From positions 2,046,001 to 2,110,000 of the forward strand of contig CM120643.1 of assembly GCA_051362555.1 (NCBI GenBank): 64,000 bases of DNA, given 5' to 3'. The notes under the pieces were generated by a model. The model saw nothing but the letters and a program-made list of their open reading frames with translations, was not told where the DNA came from and did no database searches. The translations under genes and the position numbers were made by a program. Below are positions 1 to 12,015 of this stretch, in pieces; the first letter of the stretch is position 1; every line of letters starts with the position of its first letter. Source of the stretch: Lingula anatina. Its lineage: Eukaryota > Animalia > Brachiopoda.

Positions 1-142
1 CAGTTGAGTCTCTAAGGGACTCTAGCTAGCTGGAGTCCCTTTAACATTAAAGGACTCGGAGAAATCCCCAAAGGGACTTGATTTAGGACCCACTGCTGGA
101 GTCCCTAAAAGACTCAGTATGAGTCCTTTTTTGCTGTCAGTG
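1..142. mobile_element. Probable right end of a non-autonomous DNA transposon (CACTA/EnSpm-like MITE)
   Basis: Dense GGACTC/GAGTCC subterminal repeats in both orientations, ending in TTTTTTGCTGTCAGTG. The other end is outside the window. Confidence 0.35.
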
Positions 143-3100
143 ATTGGAGAAATAATAGTTTAGATGAAGTTGGGTGCTACCACTGTGCTCGTATACTTTG
201 CCCATGCTGATACCAGCTTTATCTGAACAGAGAGGCTTCTTTGTTCGGCACAAGCAGGCAAGGACAAATGTGAACAAAAATCGCTCCCCTTGAAAGTCTC
301 ATAACAGACTCTCATCTCTCATAAGACCTTATGTTGATGAAGGGCATGACGTTATTTCAGCCAGTGACATGCACGCAGCTTTGTCTTCATCTGGAGATAT
401 CAGAGACTGCCATACATCTGTTGTAGAAAATTGGGAAAGGTGCACAGTCAATTTGAGTTTTCACTGTATAGTTGACAGGTTCTGTGTCAGGTGCCTTAAG
501 CCACGATAGTGTTCCAGTTGGTTAGGGACTGAAGCAGGTTGGAGGATAAAGAGATTCTCTAGTCAAGTCATTTCTTCTCAGTGAATTTGAGAAAGGAAGA
601 AATATCAGAAAAGAAGGAATATCCAACTGATGTCTTTCAATAAATGATGAATAAAAAACAAACAAGAAACTGTTCAACGAGGATGCGTAGCTGAGTTTTC
701 GGCAAATTATTGGTTATTTTTCATGTTTAAATATTATAATGAAAAAGCAAAGAAAAATGCCTTCTAGAGGCAAACATTAATGAAAAGACAAATAATCATA
801 ACAGGCTTTTTTGTGTTATTTATTTCTGTAGCCATATAAATTGTAGATATTTAGCACACTGTCCTGCTAAGAGCAGATTATAAATAAGTCACTTTTTTCA
901 TTCAGTTTTTTTTTAAATTTGTAATAATGTATATAATGTAAATATTAGATGTGTAGAATGCGCCCCTGTATAAGTATATATATTAATAGTTTTCAGTCGA
1001 GTGAACGGCATTTAAATTTCTCATAATTGGTCATGATGCTTTTTTATTTTATTTTTTAAATCATAATAAATTTATATATTTTTATTTTAAAGCAATTTGT
1101 TTTTCTTTGAACAAAAGACGGAAATAAATAAAAACAAAGATCATTTAATTTGCATCTGAAATGAGTGTTTCAATAAAAAATAACTTGGAGAGTACATAAT
1201 ATGAACTGGGTTTCATCTTTTGGGGGCAGGAAATCTGGGTCCCTTGCTTCTACATCCGAAACAAACTTTTTTCTGTAACCCAAACATATTGGAAAGTTGA
1301 AATCTAATCCACTTAATAAGTGATTTGACCGCAGTTCAAATCTACACCATATTTGAAAGTTTGAAATGGATGCAGTACGGTGCATTGTACAAATTCTTAG
1401 TGGAGGTGCTGCTATTACACAACCAAGGTACAATTATGCAACAGCCATAGGGCTCATTCCCAATGAAACTTTTGTTCTAGGTAGATCGACCCAAGTCCGG
1501 GATACTCTGGCTGAATGCTATCAGATAAACACCCACCTGCAGTACTTGCATTGAGGAGAATACAGAAAATATTGTGATTGTAAGAATGCACAGGAAACAA
1601 GAAAAGACGTGTTTATCTGTTAACCTAATTACATTCAGCAAGAGTACCCGTGGGGTTGGATTGACAAAAGTAGAATAAAAGCTTCATTGATAATGTACCC
1701 ATAGCACTGGCTAACCCATCTTCTTTTTACATTTTGAGATGTATCCAATTTTTCACACATTTTTTTTTGTGTGGTGCCAGCTTAAAGATATAAGTCCAGG
1801 TTTAAAAGCCTTTAAATTACTTATATAGACCCATTTTAAAATTTGTGACTATCTTTTAAATACATTTGTCATATTTATTTGTAACACTCCTTATTATAGT
1901 AACAGATTTTAAAACTGGACAAAGTGTCTTCCACCTGCACAGGCAGTGAGGAATGACAAAAAGTAGATCACAAATCTCTATTTTCTAGGGCATATATCTC
2001 CCAACCCATAAAGGGTGAAGTAAGTTTTATTTTATGTATTGATAGAACTATCCTTTGTTGATAGTCGTGTCAAGTTTCATGAGTCTATCCCGCTGTGTTA
2101 GGTGATCTTAGGTTTTTTGTGAGGGTAGGGTCTAAAAGTGGTTTTGGGGAGGGGTGAGAAAAACGAGCAACATTTTATAGGGGGTGATAAAATCTTCTAA
2201 AAAACTTGGTTGTGATGTTAGAAGTTTGTTCTAACCAAATATATACACTATATTCCTTTTAAAAATTATTCTCATGTATATGCACCACATTATAAAGAGA
2301 GTGAAACTGGTCATCTCGGAGCAAAAGCAATGCAAACATTTTTCACCCCATATTTTTGCAAAGAAAGGATATCTTTTCCATTTTACTTCACATAATCTCA
2401 TACCTTCTTAGAAGAAATCTTCACACCAAATTTCATTAAAATCTGTTGACCCCCGCCTTGCCTCTATTTGGTCGAGTTTCTCGTGAAATGGCACTTAAAT
2501 ATGATAATAGCAGATGTACATTGTGGTGGCCCCTACTTTATATAGAGACCTGTGCTACACAGACCCTCTACACATAGGGTGGGCTTGACCCAGCCCACTT
2601 CAAATGGGTATGAAAGTACATATTGTACAACTTAGATCATTGTGCAAATGCCCCCCCCTTTACATCTATTTGGCATAAAAAGTAAAATATTTAAATAATC
2701 AAAATATTTTCTTAAAAGGATTCACTGATAAAACTGGATTTTTACAGAACTGTCGGGCAAATATAATAGAGCCATAATTGAAAAAAATCCCCTAGGATCG
2801 CGTCCGTCCTTTTTGCTCCTAATAGAACATTAAAAGTATAATGTTTGTAAAAAATATAACACAATGATTTAAAAACAATTATTTCCACCGGTAGCTGAAT
2901 AGGTTGGGGGAGAATAAAAACAAGCACAAGGGTAGAATGTATATCGAAGAAATGCTTCATTTAATATCAATTGTATTCTTAATCTTGCTTTTCGTTTGAT
3001 TTATGACCAATTCTTTATTTGCTTAAACTGTTTTATGGTGTTGCCTGAGCTTCTGACAGATCTGCGTTGTGAGTTAATGATTTGCTGTCCCTCATTCATT

Positions 3101-3497
3101 ACATCATGTCTCACGTTAAGCAAATTCTACTTTGAAAGGCCATATGTTGCAAATACTGTTTTTGTCAATGTATTCTGTTTTATCTGAAGATTTTAATTAG
3201 TGTTAAGAAGCTGAGGTAAAATATGATGGCAATAGGAAAGACGTCGCATATTCGATGAAATGTTTGAGCCAGCCGACAGCATCTATTTGCCGCAACGTTG
3301 AACATAAAATCTTCAAGGCCAAAATAATTAAATTACTTTCCCCACGTTCTTCCAAATTCGAGATTTCATGTATAAGTTATGTGTCAAATCAAATGCTGTA
3401 TTTATGGAAAAATCATTTGAAATCCTGTAACTAGCATCATGAAAGTGTTTTTTAAAAGGGGTAAGGTGTTTTAGAACATGACGAGGCTATAAATACT

Positions 3498-3715
3498 TCA
3501 GAAGCTCACTGGAACAACATGAAAAATGCATTTGTTGAAGAAACAAATAGACATATACCTAAAGAAGAGAGGAAGGGCCCTACCAGTCACTAGATGACCC
3601 AGGAAATTAAGAACCTCATATAAGAGAGAAGACTAGTTAAAGAAGACCCGGATAAATACAAACGAATACACAACACCATACAGGAATGTAGAACAGCTAA
3701 ATAACAATGGTCAGA
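3498..3715 (+). mobile_element. RTE-type LINE fragment (region between endonuclease and RT), degenerate
   Basis: Translates, with stops, to EAHWNNMKNAF..IPKEERK..*MTQEIKNLI*ERRLVK..YKRIHNTIQECRTAK*QW, matching the W..K..IP..WMT.EI..ERR..K..Y..CR.AKE.W pattern of RTE LINEs. Confidence 0.6.
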
Positions 3716-5935
3716 AGAAAAACGGGCTATCTGATGCTACACCTGGTGCTTCTTGTGTCCTATAGATATATATAGTGGACATGGGCTATCTGATCCCCAC
3801 TTATAACATGAAAAAAAAAACATGTAAAGGGGTAGAGCAATGAAGATCCCAATTCAGTCTAATTCTGCTCAAGACTTCTACACCCCCCCCCCCCCCCCGT
3901 CATCTCTTTAAATTCTCACAAAATTTTTTTGTACCTTTCTTTATCATTTCCATCTCATTAATGTACATTTCTCTCAATATTACACAAACGACGCCAGAGG
4001 TTATGAAGCGAGTATGCTGCAAAACTCATATCTACCTGTATAGTTTGAACATAAAACACTATGAGCATAAATATTTAAATAATTTTCACTACGCTTGTTC
4101 TTATTTCTAGAAGGTTTATCAAATGTGGCAAATGAGACGCTGTGTTTTTGGAAATGAATGATTATTTTCATCTAAGTAAATTTGTTTACCTATCATTTCC
4201 ACATAAATAATATATATTTTCTCTCAATATGATAATAATAAAGGCTGTATTTGAAATTTAAAAGATCAGCGACATGTACTGTATTAATTAAGCCATATAT
4301 CTACCTGTTACTATGTTAACCTGTTTGTGGTAAGGAAAAAATGTACCTGTAACAAGGTGTCGGTGTGATACTGTAGAACTGTCTTTTTTTCTCTAATTTT
4401 CTCCCTCTGTCTTTTCCATTATTTTCCCCATTGTTGTGTTGTTTACCAATACCTGGCTCTAGCAAGAGCTCATGTCTTATGTCTGCCTCAACACTTCACA
4501 CATTCAACCGTGCATTGAACATTATCTTTGCCTGACAGCTTGTTCTTGTCTCGACACAATTTTCAGCTACTTCATGTCATTTACAAACGCGTTCTTATTA
4601 ACAGTGTACTTGAAACATTTTTAAAGAAACCATTACCTAATGTATACTTCTAATCATTGTATATGGGTGTGAATGTACGTTCTGTTTTCTCCTTAACGCC
4701 AGGAGGAGAGGTTTTAATCTGTCAATCTGATTGCATTTAGCGAGACTCCCTGTGGAGTTATTGCACAGTAGACTGGCCGATATATTAATGGTGAGCAGAC
4801 CCTTAATTATCTGGTATCCAGGGTTAGATACGGAGCCCTCTTTCCCAATTTAACACTGTGAGTTTTGGTTGGTTGGTTTATTCCCGTCATGTAAATTGTT
4901 AGGAACAATTACAGCATTCAGAGCAATTATGAATAAAACTGCATAAATATCAATCGGCCTGATACATCATTGACATTCTGCCACATTTGACCACTGCAGG
5001 ACAATGTCTTTACGTGTTACAGTCCAATTGTATGCTGTTTTCATTAAATAATTCAATAAAAACTGGAGGTTATTTTTACACTGTTTTAAAAACTGGTTTA
5101 CGCCAATCTACAGGTAATATAATTCTCTTAAGCTTTTCAGTTATACACGGTGACTATCAGGTATAGCATTAGATAGCCCGTGTCCAGGGTGGATATATAT
5201 GTAGAAAATGAGGCTATCCAGGTGAATATTCTGCTAGACATCGAAATATTGGAGGTAAAATCTATTTCAATATTAAGCTGTTGACTTAAGAACATTTACT
5301 TCATTCTTATAACATAACACAGTTGATGAAATTCTTCTCTGGAGTAGGTGTTGTTTTGATTTCATCAGCTGTTATCTAACCTCGCTCAAGGTTTGTGGGA
5401 AGACGAAAGCCTCATCTCTAACTAACGCATTACGCATGCGCCGCCTGAGCCATTTTTATAAATTCATTAAGTTTCAGCCCTATTGATGACGTGTGCAATA
5501 TCACGGCATTTTTCTATCCACCCCTATCATAGAACAGATGAGTAGTGAGGCGGAGAAAAACTTCAGAACTTGAAGCTCAGTGAAAATATGCTTCTGTTAT
5601 CAGTAGCTTTTAAAAATAATTGCCTTTCTATTCCATATAATCTGACTGAACTCGTTTATGTAATTGTTGTCAGTCAAAGAAGACCATCAGCCTTAGGACT
5701 CCTTGATTTAAGGCATTCCCTTCAATAAAATCATTAATTATGCTGTTTTTCGTGTTGTTTACTGTTTCACGATTACCATATCCATATCTATTTTAAAGAT
5801 GTTTTGACTTCTGTATGGATACAAATCAACAATTCAAAAATAAAAATGTTAACCTTTTTTCCAGACTTAATAATACTACAGAAAAATTAACAATATAGTG
5901 ACACGGGTGGGAATTAATCATGTTAAAAAATTCGG

Positions 5936-6023
5936 TGACGTCAACATTAATATTCATCTAAACGCCCATTGGTAGTTTCTGTCCAGCCTTAGTAAAATAG
6001 GATGAGATTGAGAACTATAAAAA
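5936..6023 (+). promoter_or_regulatory. Putative core promoter of VWD gene A1 (CRE palindrome and TATA box)
   Basis: TGACGTCA at 5936-5943 and TATAAAAA at 6016-6023, about 50 nt upstream of the ATG at 6066. Confidence 0.5.
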
Positions 6024-6065
6024 TCCCCACACCAACGAATGCTGAGATATCTGCTTATCGACATC

Positions 6066-7441
6066 ATGGATCGACAGCTTATTTCCCTGGCTGTGGCTTT
6101 ACTTCTGGTCAACATTGGGCCTGGTGCGATGGTAGCAGCTCTCACTCCCGATGAGATTGAAGACGAGCTAAAGCCATACGAAGGCAACACCTCACATATA
6201 CCGGTGTCTGACCAGTACAGCCCTTACAGTAAGTAGACATGACCAGCTTACTATCAATTTTATCGTGAAGAACGACGAGAAAAAACCAACGTACATTTCA
6301 GTCGCTGCATATGTTTTCCCTGGCACCATTGCAACGAAATATTGGATGCCTATAGCGACTGTAAGATATTCGCTGTGTTATATAATTGAATCACCATATC
6401 TTTCACAATTGTGGTCATAAGGGTGTATCCTGTAGTTATTGATCTGATACATTCAAAGTACCATACATGAGTGCAAATAGTTTAAATACTTTATTTCATA
6501 CCATAGGTAAAATACTTCAAGGAATTCGTGTTTATGTCTCGTGGATTGGAAAGCAAAAGGGTGGATGCATGGATTTGTTTTCACCCTTCATGCTAATTGT
6601 ATTAATTGACACTTATCAACATAAGATACACAAAGTTGATATTCGTTGTACTTTCAGTTAAGGATAGCACCTGTTGGGGACGAGGCGATGTACGTTACCG
6701 TACATTGGACGGTCTGAAGTTCCTCTATAACACCCCTGTTACTAAACTTGGCGTTATGGTCATGTCCTGGATGTTTCGTCCTTGGTGGGTGGTTACGACT
6801 CAAGAATACTTCATCTATAAATACTTTGAAGTGTCGAAAACGCGCATCGATAAAGTCTACGTCAAGTGTTCAGACGAATACTTTAGGGCTGACTTAGGTC
6901 CTACTGTAGCATTGTCGGTGAGTCTTCTTCCCAATAGTTTTCAATCCAGTGAACACATTTTGCATTAAGCTATCGCATCCTTTTTTGTCCTTTCTAGCTC
7001 TTTCGTCAGAATTATTTTGCAAATGAAATTAGTGGTATGGCCATAGCCTTTTGTTTAATGTGAGCATTCTAATTGTTCTCAACACTAATAGATGTAGTCC
7101 ATTGCGCTAGACATATTATGACATATTAATTTGCTTTTTGTTTCCAGCATTGGGTCGGGGCAGGGTGGGCTTCGATTCCACCACCGCACGTCTTTGCCGG
7201 CGGAGCTGTTACCGTGGGTTACTTTAATCCCAGAGGTTATGTTATACATTGCCATGCCGTTCCAATGACTGTTTATGTCGCTCTGCACTCTGTCTGGATA
7301 ACCATGACCCCCTTACACTCCGCCGCTCATTTAGGAGTACGTGGTATTTGCGGGGACTACAATGGCTTTCCGGGAAACGACTTTTCTAACCTAGAGCCAT
7401 TCTTCCTTCCGCCATGGGCTCCTCTCTTGATACCTCCCTAA
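6066..7441 (+). CDS. Secreted single-VWD-domain protein, copy A1 (3 exons, 238 aa, intact)
   Basis: Exons 6066-6228 (MDRQLISLAVALLLVNIGPGAMVA signal peptide, then acidic TPDEIEDE; donor GTAAGT, phase 1), 6658-6917 (TCWGRGDVRYRTLDG; acceptor CTTTCAG, donor GTGAGT, phase 0) and 7148-7441 (VRGICGDYNGFPGND; stop TAA). They join into an open 717-nt frame. The motifs match the VWD consensus C...GDPHYxTFDG and GLCGNxNG...ND. Confidence 0.85.
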
Positions 7442-9910
7442 ATATAAACGAAACACGGACAGTGACAAGGAAAAACGAGACTTGAATATGGACAAACAAA
7501 ACACGAAGGTAAACATAGACAACAAACCGGACTGAATCCCATATGCATACGGACGATGAGTGCTAAAAATGGGGAACGCAGACTGCATTTTCATTTCTCT
7601 TACTTTATTTAAACGTATTCATTATTGGGCTTTGTGGTAAGGATTTAAGTTTACTACATTTATTGTCTTTCCATTTAGGTAATTTGTCAGAAACTGAATT
7701 CCATAATAACGCAGGTTTGGATTCTTATTACTTGGCATTATGTGGCTGACTTATTATTTATTTACCTATTTTTGACAGTAGACAGGGTGCTTAAAGTCAA
7801 TTTTTTTTGTGAATACATGGTGTGGAAGTGAACTTTTTCGTCCTTTGGCGGTATTTTTGATAAAACGTAGACGTAAGACTTAATCTTAACTGCTAACGGT
7901 AGTAGAGATTGAAATTGCGCCAAGCTACATGTTTAACAAATTCGAATGACTCGGTATAGTTGCGTTTTGAAAGAGAAATTTATAGATGTTAATTGCAGGT
8001 TACAAATACCAGAAATGAGTGAAATGACAAAAAAGTACTAATGTGTGGGTGTCTTAATTATTTCCATCGTGTTGCTTTGCTTCATTCTAAATTTAGATGT
8101 TTATGTAAACTATATTTTCGGTTTTTATAAGTAATAATGTTCAGTTTTCTATGTCGATGGGTTCTTTTCACTTTTCATGATGTCTTTTTCTCTGATTGTG
8201 ACAAAATGGCTATTAAATTAAATAAGATATTATTTATAATTAAACATAATACAAATCAGTTTTGATTGTGTATTTTTATCAGGACTTTATTAATTTTCAA
8301 ATAAAATATATTTTTGAGGGATTGAAAGTCAAACATACGTTCAATTAGACCATTTGGACAATATGTTGTTGCTGCATATATTTGGACTATCTGTTGTTGT
8401 TGCCTCTCTGTGATGCAATAACCATAATAAAAATCATAAAATTCAACGCTTTACAACCAACTGACGCACAACAAATGGAGTATAATTATGAGATTTATAT
8501 CAATTATATCTTTAAGCTTTGCTTCTGAATAAAGGGTGAAAAAGATTACTGTAGATTTTTTTTTCTTTATGTGATAATATGGTTAAGAAGTCATAGTAGT
8601 GTTAGAATGATGGAAATGCTGTTTTTACACCATTAAGCGAATCATCCCTCAGACCGTCAGAGGCAAAGACACCGCCAATGTCTTGATTTTTAAATTGACC
8701 ACAATCCAGCGCGTCAGAAATAGTATATACATCAAAACTTATACACGTGGTTCAAGGGGGGGGGGGTGGGCTTGGGTTAAATTGTTGCAGCTAGTGAGCT
8801 GTTTACTGGGAGATCCAGGGGAAGGGGTGGGGCAGTGGGAGGGTCCAAAGAGTTGAAATGATGTCGCTTGGGGATATCACAGAGGTCATTCTTCCCACTT
8901 AACCATTTTTACTGGTGCATGTACCGAGGTCCGAAAATTTGAGGGAAAAGCAGTGTCTGTTGTTATTTGCGCGGGAAATAAATCCCCCAATGCCTGAATA
9001 ATAAAAACGTTCTTTTGTGATTCATTTAATTTCAAGAATAAAAAAGTAACAAAGCAAACGCTGCATTCCTGATGGATTATTGCATAATAGTTACAGAGAT
9101 TTTAATTCATTTTAATGATTAAAATCATTGAAATAATTTTATAGGCAATTTTAAGAGATGCAATAAGTCAAAATATTTCCGTTTTAGTCATTGTATTTCG
9201 TTTTATCTGAAGATTTGTATTAGTGTTCAGGGGCTGAGAAAAATATGATGGGAATAGCAAAGACGTCGCACATTTATTAAAGTGATTGAGCCAGAAATCT
9301 TATATCTGTGGTAAACGTTGAACATAAAAACCTCAAGGATAAATAATTAAATCGTTTTCTCCCTACGTTCTGTCATATTCAAGATTAAATGTAACTTACG
9401 TGTTAAAATGGAAATTTGCATTTATGGAAAATCAACGTTTTAGTCTATTTAATTTCCAATTAAATTACGTCAAGTGATTTAAAAGCAATATGATATTTTA
9501 TTATATGACGAGCATATAAATACTCCAGAAATGTTGTTTTTTATTCTTGGTGTTACTTGGTATTTCATAAAGTGATAAAATGATCATAAAATGTCCTATG
9601 TCAGTCTTCCACTTCTTTTTTATTGCATATCTCCAAAGAAACCTGACGAGTTTATAAAGAAAATAATGAAAATAATAAATTTCATAACTTTTCCGCGCAC
9701 ATAAACTTATACCAAACACGCACACTCATACAAGGGTGTTTGAAATAAACTTGTATAATTAAATGAATAGCGCGATGGCAAAAATCTACAGAACTATACA
9801 GACAATGAAAAATTCACAAAAAAAAAAAAAAAAAAAAAATTACTAATTACTTAGGCCCCTAAATATGGCAGACCTACATGAACGGAAGATCGTTTAATCC
9901 TGAAATAGTC

Positions 9911-10027
9911 TCTCCGCCTCTCACACGCTTCCCCTCCCGACAAATCCTGACCGGTTGAATTGAGCCAATATTTAATTACTGTGCCCCTGCTGGGACGGGA
10001 CGTGGGGAAGCGTGTGAGAGTCGGAGA
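9911..10027. repeat. Small palindromic MITE-like hairpin
   Basis: TCTCCGCCTCTCACACGCTTCCCC at the left is the near-perfect reverse complement of GGGGAAGCGTGTGAGAGTCGGAGA at the right. Confidence 0.65.
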
Positions 10028-11419
10028 GATTTCCCTCTGTTAGCCTCTCTTCATCTGTTTTCCACCTCTTAAATTGGACAATCCTATGCCCTAACTTCCA
10101 TTATTGTTTGTTGATTGGGTTAGGGGTCAATATGTGTAGTAATAATACTTCAAAGGTCCATAATCTACGACAAAGTGCTAACTGAAAGGCTTGGTTACTA
10201 TTGAATATTACTTTTAAAGTAACAAATTGCGTCATACTATTAGAATGCACCTCTCATTCTTTTGATTGTTGAATAAACATATTTAATGTCATTTTCATTA
10301 TCGCATGTAGGACACTAGGACAAAATAGACTTTCATTTCTGATACTCTTCACCCGCCTCCCGCTTGTAACACCAACTCAGGGTTGTTGGGGGGCGGCCCA
10401 GTCTTTTCTCCCATCTCTGGGACTGGGAATTAGACGTATCCAAAACGCACACATAATCAGTAGGGATGGAACTAAATAACACTATGAAAATGACACAGAC
10501 GTCGCGAGCATTCAGTGCTACGATGTTTTACGTGACTTTTTTTTATCTTTGAATGCGGAAAATTGGCAAAGTAAAAAGAGCGGATGAAAAGGTACTTGCT
10601 ACCTCGGTAGAGTCGGGACACAAGTATTTGTAGTTCCTTACATCCCACCCTTCAGCCTCTCTGTTATGTATTTAGATCTGAATTCAGAGGTTAAACTTTG
10701 CTATTTTTGTTTCAACAATGCATTATGTTAAATCTTAAGCTTCTTGGTCGGAGTTGAGGCAAAATGTAAGTAAAAGTTCGTGAATGAACATGAAAGCTTC
10801 TAATTTGAAGATATCCCGAAAATATCCTCATTGCTCGAATAATTAAATCAGTTTTTTTATGGTCTAATATATTTTAAGATTTTAAAATTAAAAAGATAAT
10901 AATTATAAACGCTGCCTTCTTAGCGATTTTTTTTGTTATATTTATAGAAATTTCATTTCATTTATCAGTGAAAAGATTGCAGATATTTTAATAAGATGTC
11001 ACAATAAAATAATCTCTTAAAATGATTCACTGATAAAACTGCAATAGAACCATGACTTAAATAATTCTGTAGGATCGCGTAAGATATGTCCGTCCTTGCA
11101 TCTAATAGTACATTATAAGTATAATAAATGTAATCAATGGAACACAGTGACTTTAAAACACGCCTCTCTATCGGTAGCTGAATAGAAATTTGGCTTCTTA
11201 TAATATCTATTTTATTCTTAATCATGCTTTTTTGTTTCAGTTTCTGACCAATCCTATATTTGTTCAAGCTGTTTCATGGTGTTGCCTGAGCTATTGACAG
11301 AATTGCTAATTATTATTATAATTAAGTTTGTTTATTTGCCTTTCCCTCATCCACTCCATGCTTCATGATAAGCAAAATCTACTTTCAACTGCCATATGTT
11401 GCTATTTCTCTTTTTGCCA

Positions 11420-12015
11420 GTGTTTTCTGTATTATCTGAAGATTTTAATTAGTGTTTGGGAGCTGAGGTAAAATATGATGGCAATAGGAAAGACGTCCCA
11501 TATTTAATGAAGTGTTTTGGCCAGCTGACAGCATCATTTTGTCAGTGGTTTCTGTATTATCTGAAGATTTTAATTAGTGTTTGGGAGCTGAGGTATTAGG
11601 AAAGACGTCGTATATTTAATGAAGTGTTTGAGCCAGCTGACAGCATCTTTTTGTCGGTGTTTCCTGTATTATATTGAGATTTTAATTAGTGTTTGGGAGC
11701 TGAGGTAAAATATGATGGCAATAGGAAAGACGTCCCATATTTAATGAAGTGTTTTGGCCAGCTGACAGCATCATTTTGTCAGTGGTTTCTGTATTATCTG
11801 AAGATTTTAATTAGTGTTTGGGAGCTGAGGTATTAGGAAAGACGTCGTATATTTAATGAAGTGTTTGAGCCAGCTGACAGCATCTTTTTGTCGGTGTTTC
11901 CTGTATTATATTGAGATTTTAATTAGTGTTTGGGAGCTGAGGTAAAATATGATGGCAATAGGAAAGACGTCGCATATTTAGTGAAGTGTTTGATTGAGCC
12001 AACTGACAGCATCTC
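11420..12015. repeat. Tandem array of ~110-128 bp units (alternating long/short, ~5 monomers) of a locally dispersed repeat
   Basis: Repeated TGTATTAT..GATTTTAATTAGTGTTTGGGAGCTGAGGTA..GGAAAGACGTC..CAGCTGACAGCATC; alternate units lack AAATATGATGGCAA. Related copies lie near 3180, 9200, 20540 and, inverted, at 49240-49445. Confidence 0.8.

Noticed and set aside
143-2495. Possible DNA-transposon body with Cys-rich coding remnants and a terminus near 2494
   Set aside because: No motif I could assign and no second terminus or TSD, so it is too weak to call.
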